Origin: Ascidiella aspersa
Lineage: Eukaryota
Assembly (NCBI GenBank): GCA_963924565.1
Contig: OZ004614.1
Location: forward strand, 20,212,001 to 20,276,000
Length of the DNA: 64,000 nt
Direction of reading: 5' to 3'
In this document: positions 23,701-34,209 of the stretch, piece by piece
How the letters are laid out: every line of letters begins with the position of its first letter
How positions within the stretch are numbered: position 1 is the first letter of the stretch
Made by a program: the position numbers and the translations under genes
Notes under the pieces: generated by a model
Told to the model about the DNA's origin: nothing
Database searches by the model: none
What the model saw: only the letters and a program-made list of their open reading frames with translations

Positions 23701-26700
23701 GACCTAAATCGTCTGATTAAGACCTAAACCTGTCGAAATACGTCGTAAATTCATCCAAATAAGGCCTAAATGGCCAAAATAACCCCTGAAACTGTAGTTA
23801 GAGGGTGAGGGAGGATCGGGGGCGGTTGGTCATCGGCCGTTTTGGTGTCGACGTTTGGACGCCCTAGTTTGACCGGCGCCGTTAGGGTGCCGCTTACTAT
23901 TGCCCCAAAGTCACTTGTTTGATTTGTTATTAGCAATTTATTTTAATGTTCAAGTAGTTTAACTCGTTTTTCAAGATCAGCTATTGATTCGTGTTTTATC
24001 TCACACAGGCGCTGTCTTCCGGCACCTACTTCTTCCGCTGTCCGACCTGCAACGACTCAGACGCCTTCTCCTGTGAGATGTCCAGGATGGGCATCTACGT
24101 GCCGGAGCGCGACGCATCCTGGGAACTCGCCCACGACGCCTTCAGCGACCTCCTGCAACGTCATAGCCTCTGTGACGTCACGCCGTGCGTTTGCCCGCAC
24201 GGGAAAGAGTAAGAGGCTTTGTTTTTTTGATCCTTGGTCGGGATGTCTGATAATGTCGGTTTGGAGCTGATACTCCATAAAGTGGTGTTACTAGGGTGCT
24301 ATCTGTGCGACTTCATATAGAATTTCGGCCGTGATTTACGATTGAACCCAGCAATTTCTTAAAAGGTTTATTTACAAAAAAAATAGTTAAATAAGAAATA
24401 AGTACTCTAACTTCTCAACGCTAAGGCAAATTTTTTCCTAAAATCCTGAAAAAATTGCTTTGAATTAAGTTATTTCTGCTATTTTTGGACACGTTTTGCT
24501 TGTTTAAGCAAATTTACTATCGGATAGAGTGTCGGTTTCGGAAAAATAAATGTTAAGTTATGGTCATTCCTGTTTTTTGATTATTTGATTCTATAAGAAA
24601 ATACTCTGAAACTGATATTAGAACAAACAAATGAGGAACATGGTTATAAGATAAATGACTTTGCATTAAATCATATTATTTTCAATGACTGCATAACTGC
24701 CTAACTCTAGTCTATATTAGGCACGTTGTGTGCGAAATAAAACTTTGCTTAAAGTTTTAAAACCACCACAATATTTTAAAGGCAAAATAAATTTCTGTTG
24801 CTAGTACTTATTGTTTAACGCAGTGGTTTTAAACTTTTTTAAAAAAATTACGTAACGGTCCCCCAAAATTTTTTAAATTGCTCACGGTCCATTAAAAATA
24901 TAAACAAATAAACACAAAATAACACGTTGTTTTTAATGGTATCAATGAGACGGGTGCACTTGCTTCTTTGCTATCAGCTCGGCTTTGTTAACCTCTAACG
25001 AATCACGTTATTTAAGTAAAGCAATCATGTACAGTTTTAAATCCGTAACCGTACAGCTCACAGTGGCAACGCAGCAGCTGTAAAAACGTAATTCTTATTA
25101 GCACAATGCAACACTATGACGTCAATGCACAATTTAACTCGAACCGTACAATAACGTGAATAAACAACTAATCAGCTTGTTTGGAAAAGTAAGTTGCCTG
25201 AAAATTTTAATGCACAGAAAAAATCTTCTTTAGGAGCGTCGTTTTGATTTTTGTTAGGTGCTTCGCGGTCCCAGAAAAATGTCTCGCGGACCCCAGTTTG
25301 AGTACCACTGGTTTAACGTAAATATTTGTTTTGAATTAATTTGTCAAATTGATCGTTGAGGTTAAGATTTCTAGATATGGAAAATATACTGTAAAATAAG
25401 CGACTTGGTGTTTTTTTTATTTTGTGATCGTTTGCTGCCTTTCCATCAGTGATTTGTCAAGTCATTGTTTTTCTCTCGCGCCATATTAGTCATAGGCGCG
25501 CAATAAGCCAAAAAAAGCAAACCCATGCTACTGTAAAAGCTGAATAGAAACAGTGCTTTGTTTAAAATTTTGCGGAATCAGTCTTGTCACGTTTACGCTT
25601 CGATTGTGATTTTTTTACTGGAGCAACCTAAATAAACAAAAGGCTGATTTTTGTACTTTTTGCAAAAAAACGATAGAAATTTTGCACAATACCCGTATAT
25701 TGACGGGGATTTTCAATCCACTAATAATGTAAACGTTCTACCAAATATTCAAGCAAAACCACAAAGGTTGTAAAAGAGATCCAAAAACAACTTTATTCAA
25801 CAAAAGCAGAATACTATAGTTACGCAAAAAGCATCGTCAGTTCTGCTAATATACTACAAACACAACGAAACACCAAAATTATATATAAATAAAATAAAAT
25901 AAAACTATTCAAAAGTTTAAAAAGCCAATAACAGAATTACAATACAGTTCAGTAGAGCTGTATTATAGTAGCTCTTTATTTTGCCATTTTAACGTCAGTA
26001 TTGGTTTACAGCTCTACTGAACTGTATTGTAATTCTGTTATTGGCTTTTTAAACTTTTGAATAGTTTTATTTTATTTTATTTATATATAATTTTGGTGTT
26101 TCGTTGTGTTTGTAGTATATTAGCAGAACTGACGATGCTTTTTGCGTAACTATAGTATTCTGCTTTTGTTGAATAAAGTTGTTTTTGGATCTCTTTTACA
26201 ACCTTTGTGGTTTTGCTTGAATCTTACGATATGGAGAAGAGATCAACAACTAGCAATGTTGGAGCAGGCTTAGATCCCAAAATTAACAAAAATAGTAATA
26301 ATATTATTATTATTTCATCAATCAATTCTACCAAATATGAATTTGATTCTAATTAGCATTGGTTTTTTTATAATGTACCAACATGGTTAGGTTACGTAGG
26401 TCATTAACGAAAAAAAAAATGGGTCTCAAGAACCAAACGGTTGGAAATTTTGACAGTTGCACAAAAACTTTTCCCGCAACCAGTGGTTTAACTATAGTCG
26501 ATGTGTATGTACATTTCATTTGCTCATTGTAGATCCTCTTCAGTATAAAGTAGTATATGTACAAATAGGATGCAGCAAGCAATGGTGCCATGATTGTTTC
26601 TCGACCTGCGCTTCTCTGAGCCAATGTAGCTCAGTTGGTAGAACGCTTGGCCTGGCTTGCATCATTGATCGACTGATTCGGTTAGTAGTCTATTGAAGGC

Positions 26701-27578
26701 TTCCGGTGGATTTTTATACATAGGCAGTTCTGTTTGATCAAAAAACTATTTCAAAAGGTCTACTCGTGATCAATGCTCTTCAACCGGTGGGTGCACCAAA
26801 ATATACATGGGGTGCACCACTGCGAAAAGGTATACAAGGATGCATCACAAATTATTAATGAACCATTATTATTTGATTTCTCAAGTTTTTTGAATGCTGT
26901 TTTTTTCCCAAGTTTGTTTGAATGCTGTTCTGTGACATAAAATAGTACTCCCAAGCAGCCTGCAGCTATAATCGAACTCTCGCCGACAGTGTGTAAAACT
27001 TCGGCAGCTCCGCTCGGTTTAATTGACACGATGATATTAATATGTATTATGATTTTTTATAACTATTTTTACCTTAGTTTACCTTTCAGTTAAAAAGGGT
27101 GCATGAGTTCGTCACAACAACTTTAAGGGTTCACAAAACCGTGTTGAAGAGCACTGGTCTAGATCACATATAACAGTGGTCGAATACATACGCACGTCTA
27201 TCTTCTTATAATATTGCACGCACTATTTTCTATCGAAACTCATATCAACCCGTACGGTTTGTCATCAGCTACAACCTGAAGGGCTCCAAATGGGCGGTGG
27301 TCCTTTGTGATCTTTGCGGCTCGTCGGGAACCCACATCGCCTGCTCGGAGGACGTCGACTCCCCCGACTCCTACTACGTGTGCGCGCTCTGCGCCGACAT
27401 CCACGGGCGGGAAGGCGCCAGAGAGCTGGCCATCCGCATGGGCGTCATCACTCCCGATCACGTGATACCGCGACGCAGTGGCCGTCGAAAGCCCCGCGCT
27501 TCGCGCTCAAATCCGCCCCCCAAAAAGCGGCTGAAAATCGTTGCCGCTTGGGACGATATGAAGGAGACCATCATGTAG
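17717..27578 (+). CDS. PHF7/G2E3: G2E3/PHF7/pineapple-eye family PHD/RING zinc-finger protein, 8 exons, 386 aa, no HECT domain
   Basis: Exons 17717-17891, 18129-18251, 20130-20212, 21984-22089, 22218-22249, 22625-22756, 24009-24208, 27269-27578. All are GT-AG and phase-consistent, total 1161 nt. Motifs [108 protein letters not shown]. Confidence 0.92.
18609..19469. mobile_element. hAT (Ac-like) MITE, intact
   Basis: 22-bp TIR TAGGGATGTT(T/C)AAAGTAGAATA (1 mismatch); perfect 8-bp TSD CTTTCTAC (18601-18608, 19470-19477). Confidence 0.92.
21429..21734. mobile_element. PIF/Harbinger-type MITE
   Basis: TIR AGGCC.GTTTACACTACAGCT; TTA TSD on both sides; internal repeats TTTCACGCTTTGCTAAACTCAA. Confidence 0.85.
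23661..23728 (+). repeat. 20-bp tandem repeat (GACCTAAATCGTCTGAGTAA) x~3 inside a HINE-like repeat
   Basis: Direct reading of the sequence. Confidence 0.85.
24821..25310. mobile_element. hAT MITE
   Basis: CAGTGGT...ACCACTG ends; perfect 8-bp TSD GTTTAACG. Confidence 0.88.
25805..25847 (-). ncRNA. Antisense copy of the same hammerhead fold
   Basis: Exact reverse complement of 26122-26164. Confidence 0.6.
26122..26164 (+). ncRNA. Minimal type-I hammerhead ribozyme fold (core variant GAAA>GTAA)
   Basis: AGCAGAA-CTGACGA-T-GC-TTTTT-GC-GTAA-CTATAG-TA-TTCTGCT: perfect 7-bp stem I, CUGANGA core, 2-bp stem II, palindromic stem III, GUA cleavage triplet. Confidence 0.65.
26620..26655 (+). other. tRNA-derived fragment (A-box/D-arm), probably a SINE head
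   Basis: GCCAATGTAGCTCAGTTGGTAGAACGCTTGGC; no T-arm follows. Confidence 0.45.
26771..27156. mobile_element. hAT MITE (second copy at 39096-39480)
   Basis: CAATGCTCTTCAAC...GTTGAAGAGCACTG TIRs; long internal similarity to 39096-39480. Confidence 0.8.
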
Positions 27579-29580
27579 TTGTTCTGCCTTGTAGCCCTTA
27601 CTTGCGGTGTGGATATTGTCGGAGGTGGCCTTTGTAAAACAAACGCCAAACCTTAATTGACGTATTTTATACGAACGGTCGCAATAAAGGCGGCGACAGT
27701 TCACATTTCGCCAACGTGGCAGCGCAAAGCACTAAGTATGACTGGTTAAAACAATTTTTTTGTGGATTTTTAGCACCATACGAAAAAGACAGTGTAGCCG
27801 TGCCCTGCTTTGCTTGGTGCAGCAGTTTTTGAAGTTGTTCAGCTTCTGGCGACTAAGAAGAAATCATAGCAGCGCGCTTTCTACCATCACAAAACAACCT
27901 GGTGCAATTATAACTTCAGAACAGCACGTCAATGACTGGCCACGATAAAACTTGCATTTGGCTGCATAGTGCATATTAATCACGAGTTTTGCAGAAAACA
28001 ACAGTGTTTTTAAGATAAATGGATTCATATCGTGACGTTATGACCCAGATTTGTATCGTCATCTCTAAACAATATCTACCCCCCAAACAAAAATCCCAGA
28101 TCCGCCCCTGCGAATGACCTTTACAACGAAGGAAGCTAATAGATCAAAAACACAATAGTGCCAGTCATCCAATTGATAATGTGCATTGAAGTCTCGCGTA
28201 GTTAAATGCAAACGGCAAATTCGTTATTTACAAAAGTTACAAAAAAAGTTCGGCACACTGTTTAACATCTAGTGGTGGTTCAGTGCGTGCTTGTTTGAGA
28301 GTTTAAAAAGAAATGGACGGTTTTTTATTGCATTAAGAGTCTTTCATGTATTGCTGAGGCAGATTAAGGCAAGGCTTAGGCCTAGGGTTTTGTTAACGTT
28401 CATCACAAAATGTTCGTTTTTAAATTAGAAACGATATATTTGCTTCAATTTTATTCGTTTCCCACTCTTACTTGAATGAATTTTATTTTTTTAGTAGTTA
28501 AGTTGTACATCATTTGAAAGATTTGTTTCCATCGTCGTACCAAATCCTGCAAACACTATACGTTGTTTTAAATATTTCGTTACTATTTTGGTGAGCATTC
28601 CAATTGCCTATAGTAGGTCACGCCCCATGACCAGTGTAACTTTGTATTTATTATTTATCAAGTGGCGCCCTTGTTTAAAACTGCCCAACTTTTCTAAATG
28701 TTTGCTAATATATACTGATACTCCGTTGCTTTCAAGACTAAGTCTCCTTACTTTCACTGCGGTGTGTCGTTTTTCGATTTGGTCAAGTGAAATTGTTACG
28801 AAATAATGTTTTAATACTCGTTGGTTGCACAGCTGCCTCGATAGCCGTAGAATATTATGAAAAAAAACTCTTTTATTTTAACAATTGCTTATGGAAAATA
28901 AATTGTGGAATGGACTGTAATAGTGCATATTAAATTATTAAATTTGCATACTTTTGTTAATATAGCTCTTTGGTGCCTGTTTAAATTTCCTTTTTCTGTC
29001 TTTTTATAGGAGTTGGTTGCTATTTTGTTCTGCAAATGTGTTTATTGTAAAGCACCTTTAAACAACTGTATCAACAGAAACACCCACTTTATCTGTAAAA
29101 GCTGTTGCTCTATTGGGTCAAAGTAAGTTTATTTTAAGTTATAAACCGTTTATATTGCTGCTTTCGAAACCCACAGAAATAGAAAAAAAATACTTACTGT
29201 TAGTTAGTATTGGTAACATTCTCTACTTGGTTTTAGATAAGTAATTCGTAAATAAATAAACATAAATAAATACAATTTCACCAATTTTTTCCCGCACGTC
29301 CACGAGCGAAAAAGGATTAAATGCGTAACGTGTACCTTTATTAGTTTTGTCACATATTTGCCTTCTCTTTATTTTTCCTTCTACTTTGTTGTTGTCAACT
29401 TCTCGTTGTATGTTCTCACTAGATAATGTATCGGATTGAATCGGTTGTTTTCTTACCTTTCGAAATAAATTTTGATTAATGTTGTATGGCCTTGTCCGAT
29501 GCTTTTGTCTTATCGAATAGCAAACTGATTTGCAATACTAGATAAAACTAAATTCTGCCTTTTGATATAACGTCTTACAG

Positions 29581-29874
29581 CAGTGGTTGTCTGCAATTTA
29601 TGGCTCGCGGCACCCATAAGAAATAATAAATAGATCGCGGCACCCCTATAAGATTTTTCCGTAGGTAGTTCACTGGAATGTCACAATAAACGGAACTGGA
29701 ACAACACAACTCATCAACTCTGCACAATATATTGGAAGTTAAAATTGGATTTATGTCCCTTTAATCTTACACAAAAAGTTGTAAGAGTTGAGCAATAATT
29801 AGACTCCTGAAGATTCTCAAATATCTCTCGAAACCCTTGAGAATTAGAAACGGCACCCCGGTTGAGAACCACTG
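29581..29874. mobile_element. hAT MITE
   Basis: CAGTGGTT...AACCACTG; TSD TCTTACAG/TCTTAGAG. Confidence 0.8.
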
Positions 29875-30189
29875 TCTTAGAGAAAGGGTCTTTGCCTTTC
29901 GCTAAAAAAATTGGTTTATCAAAACATTTTTTTTTTTTTGGTGACGTTAAGTAAAAAACACTGCGATAGATAGACAACAAGCATTGGTTGAAAGAATATT
30001 ATTGCGGTATTTAATCAGCAGTCATACCACCGTAGTATAGGACATGTAAAAATACCAACTCTTTAAGTCAAGTGTCGGCCTCAATCCTATATTATAGGAC
30101 ATCCCTACTTTTGCTACCAAATCATCTGACAGCTATATTATATACAACGGTTTAGTAATGATTCTGTGGATTTTGCTTACCATTACCAG

Positions 30190-30714
30190 CAGTGTTGCAA
30201 TGACTTAAGTCAATTGACTTCAGTGCACTTAAGTCACTGTTTTCAAATGACTTGACTTGACTTAAGTCAGTTGGGAAAAATGACTTGACTTGACTTAACT
30301 CATTTGGATAAATGACTTGACTTGACTTAAGTCATTTGGACAAATGACTTCGGTTAAAATGAAGCGTTTTTTTCAAGTATTTTTTTATAAAATTGAGCTA
30401 TTTATCCAAATTTTAGCAGATAAACCAAATTGCTTGCTATATGTTGCGTTTTTTTATTTTTTAGTTCAGTTATTGCTCATAATCATACAAATTTAAAAAT
30501 TTTAATAGTTTAAAATTTTATTTTTTAACAAGGACATGACTTAAAGTTGACATGCTCTAATTATGACTTGACTGGGACTTGACTTGCGCAACTGATGACT
30601 TGGACTGGGACTTGACTTGTTATTTATTCAAAAACACTTGACTTGGACTTAGTTGTTTTACAAATGACTTGACTGGGACTTAAGTCAATTTAAAATGACT
30701 TGTTTACAACACTG
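30190..30714. mobile_element. hAT MITE with GACTT pentamer arrays
   Basis: CAGTGTTG...CAACACTG; perfect TSD ATTACCAG; relatives at ~32815-33227, ~43740-43860, ~46725-47050 and 62657-63056 (inverted). Confidence 0.88.
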
Positions 30715-31436
30715 ATTACCAGTAATTAAAGTATAAAATGCCCCGAAGTGTAACAACAACGCATAAAAATATTACATCATGGCTTATACTGACTTTTCAA
30801 TAAGCTCCTAAATTAGAATGACTTGTATATGCCCCTGCCTTTAAGAAGGAAAAACAAGTTTGTGCGGATCGTAAGGTATCGTCTTTATCACAAGTTTAAT
30901 TTCGCCATGATTTCTTAATGGAAAGGCATTACCGCCTTGTAGAAAAAAAGATTTTAAACAGTTGGCTACATCAAGTCAGGCTTATGAGAAAAATGTTTTA
31001 AAAACCAACGATGTCTCTTTAGGTTTTTAGGCTTTCGGTTGATTTAGCGGCTTTCTATTTTCCAAATTATTCATGTTGCATTCATTGCACAAAGGAACAG
31101 TCCTAACGAATCTTTTCGGGTAACACCATTAGAATTCCAATTTTTTAGCTTTTTATTTTGTTGTCTCTTTGTCGTTTTTCAAAACAACCTTTTTTTATTT
31201 AATTCTCGTTGATTGGCTCAGCAACAAAAGAAATGCTATTTTTGTTTTGCAAGTGAAGAGATGGCCTAAATATTTACTAGCCAATGTACCGGTGTTTAAA
31301 TAGGTTTCGCCATTAAATGCAGTTTACAAAAAAAATATTCGTTAAAAGTTCTCTTGGTGATATTGCAAAATTAAAAAAATCGACGTAATGGGAAAGCATG
31401 GATTTGCACAAAACGCCCCATAGTTAGTCTATAAAG

Positions 31437-31790
31437 CAGGAGTCGGGAACCTTTGACTCGCGAGCTATCTGTGGCGCCGTATGGCTCTTTTGATAAAAGA
31501 ATCTTGTTTGCAGAAAAATCTTGAGCTATCTCTGAGCATGTCAAATAAAACTGCACACGGTTTCTTTTTAATCAAAGTAATCAAAGTTGTACAATCTCAG
31601 CTAATTCATTTTTGGTGCAAAGCACGTTCTGTATTTTACACAAGAACAAAATAAACGGCCCTGCTCAATTTAATATTTTTTTGCCAACCTATAACTAGAT
31701 GTCAAAAAAGTATTGTACGGCTCTCATGGAAATACAAGCAAGAATATTTGACTTTTATGGCTCCTTTATTGAAAAGGTTTCCAAATCCTG
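31437..31790. mobile_element. hAT MITE
   Basis: CAGGA..GGAACCTTT / AAAGGTTTCC..TCCTG; perfect TSD CTATAAAG. Confidence 0.85.
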
Positions 31791-33910
31791 CTATAAAGCA
31801 TCTCAACCACGATACCGCAAAGTTCGTGCTAACCGGTGTTATCGTTAAAAACTCCCCAGCAGAAACAATCCGCTAGATGACGGTATAGATTAAATTTTTA
31901 TTGTTGTCGTTCACTCTTCTTTCTTCTTTTGCTGTTGAATGAATATGTTAAACTTTTGTTCAAATGTGTGATTCTATGTTTGTTTTCCGTTAGGCTTTGT
32001 CGTAAAACTTTGTGAGATTTTGCTCACAAAGTTTTCGTTTTCTAATTCTGCAGGACAATGATATGCTTGCGTAATGCAACAGAATTCAACTTTAAAAACA
32101 TGGCACTAAAATGATACTTTAAGGGTTCCAACTTATTTTATCGAATGGAAAATAAAACGTTTTATTGCAGACCGTACAGTTTATGTTTAATTTGGTGTTT
32201 GTTAAACGTTTTTAGCTATTGCCGACCGATTGCAAACCTATAAAAAAAGTTTTTTAATCAAACGACCTCAGTCATCATATAAAATTGGAGGCTACGATGT
32301 AAAGTTTTCCATTATATTACCAAGTCCACCGTATCCATTGGCGCTCATAGAAAAACTCACAAGCAATTAGTCTTATTACTCATTTTCAAAAATCAGCTCC
32401 CCACGTTTCAGCAACTAATGCTTATAAGCAAGAATTTCGCCTCTTTTCCGAAAACATACCGATCGAAAAAAATACCCCACCGCATTTTAAAAATGGAAAA
32501 AAATAAACAAGGTTTGGCGCCCAAACTATACGTAACATTGGCGTCTATTTGTTTGTCTTTGCCAAGTCCGTCTCGTAGCTGTGTTTAGTTACACCCTGCA
32601 GGCCGCGTATGCATGGAGTGACATGTTTATGGTAGCGAACGTGGCGAGCACTAAAATACGGCAAACCTACATCCGCCACTTGTCAACGACAGTTTGTGAC
32701 GCAGCTGACCTGTCGAACCAATGACACCAATACAAAAGGTTAAAGTATAGCTTTTTGAAAAACGAAAATAGGCAAACTGCCTGAAAGTTTCGCTTTCATC
32801 TTACATATATATGGTCACTGTTTTTAAATTACTCTACTTGACTTAAGTCTTTTGAACAAAATGACTTGACTTGAGTCTTTTGGACAAAATGACTTGACTC
32901 GACTCAACTTAAGTCATTGTGTCCAACAACTTAAAATTTAGTGTTTAATCAAATATTTGTTAAATTTTGCACATAAAACAAATTACTTGTTCTATACTGC
33001 GGTGTGTCTAATAATATTCGGGAGAGTTTACGATTTTTAATGGTTTATGGTTTAATGTGTTATATCAGTGATTTAACTAGTTCACTTTCTTTAATAATGC
33101 GTTGACCTGGACTAGGACTTGTTTTTTTTGTTTATATGTCAAAAACTTGACTTGGACTTTTTTTAAGCTATTTACTAATCACTTGACTTGGTCTTAAGTC
33201 ATTTTAAAGGACTTGTTTACAACACTGTAAATTCGTTAAAATTGTTAATGTTTTTTATTTGGAGGCCGTGTGGCCTATTCGCACTGGACATGCAATTCTG
33301 CCGTTCTACATTACCGCGGAGAGTGAATGTATGTCGTATTTCGCAAGCCGCATTTAGTTGTCAAACTCAACCCTTCCTTTCAATACAGGATGTCCCCGTC
33401 CAACCTTTCAGCTGATAAGAGTATGAATAGCTAGATCGAATGCATATATGATACATATAGCATCTTGCCTAAGGATGTGACTTCCATTCATAACTATACC
33501 GCCGCTGTATCAAATTTCGATATGACGATTTCTTTTTTAATATTAGAACAAGCTAAGTACGAGAGAAAATGTTGCCCTTTAATCTTGTGTTTTCCGTCAG
33601 CCCTTGGTTCTTTTCGGTTAACAGAGCTAATCACACTTTCGAAAAGATGTTTTTTTTTTAATAAATAGATTTTAGACAAGCATCCAAATGCATGTACAAC
33701 AATTTTTTGTCTGTGCTGAACGTTCAATTAGCTGAGATGAATATTTAGTTTGAAGCTAAGAAACTTTAGGAGGTGATCCCAAAGATTTAAGATTTATGCT
33801 TAAACCGACTGCTGTTTGAACGGAAAACAAGTGATAACTACAGTGATGTTAAACTTCTTAAAGTGTTTTTTTTTTCAATTTCTGATTTTATATCTAGTTT
33901 CTGATAGTAG

Positions 33911-34209
33911 CAGTGGTTTACAAACGTGGGTGGGTTAGGAAGTTTTATGGGGCCCCGGCAACATCTTTTAAAATTTAAAATCATTAAATCATGGTTCTTA
34001 TTACCTGAGTACACTCATTCTTTAAGCTATATCAATACTAAATCATTTGACTACCAGTTTACATAAATTAGTGATTTGGTTATATGAGTAATAACATTTA
34101 TTGTTTAGAAATACATACAGTAGTTTTGTTCAAATTTTTTGGTATAAAAATTGACGAGGCCATCGAACGTTTCGAGAAGCCAATGAGATCGGAAATTTAA
34201 GAACCATTG
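33911..34209. mobile_element. Degenerate hAT MITE
   Basis: CAGTGGTT...AACCATTG ends; flanks similar (GATAGTAG/GATTATGTAG). Confidence 0.55.

Larger units (their letters stand above)
25749..26325 (+). mobile_element. Penelope-like retroelement remnant (inverted pLTR pair)
   Basis: Perfect 216-bp inverted arms (25747-25962 / 26007-26222), 44-bp spacer; 13-bp direct repeat TTCTACCAAATAT at 25736-25748 and 26326-26338; hammerhead motif followed by AATAAA in each arm. Confidence 0.75.

Noticed and set aside
27240-27704. Overlapping alternative-frame and antisense ORFs over exon 8
   Set aside because: By-product of the GC-rich coding exon
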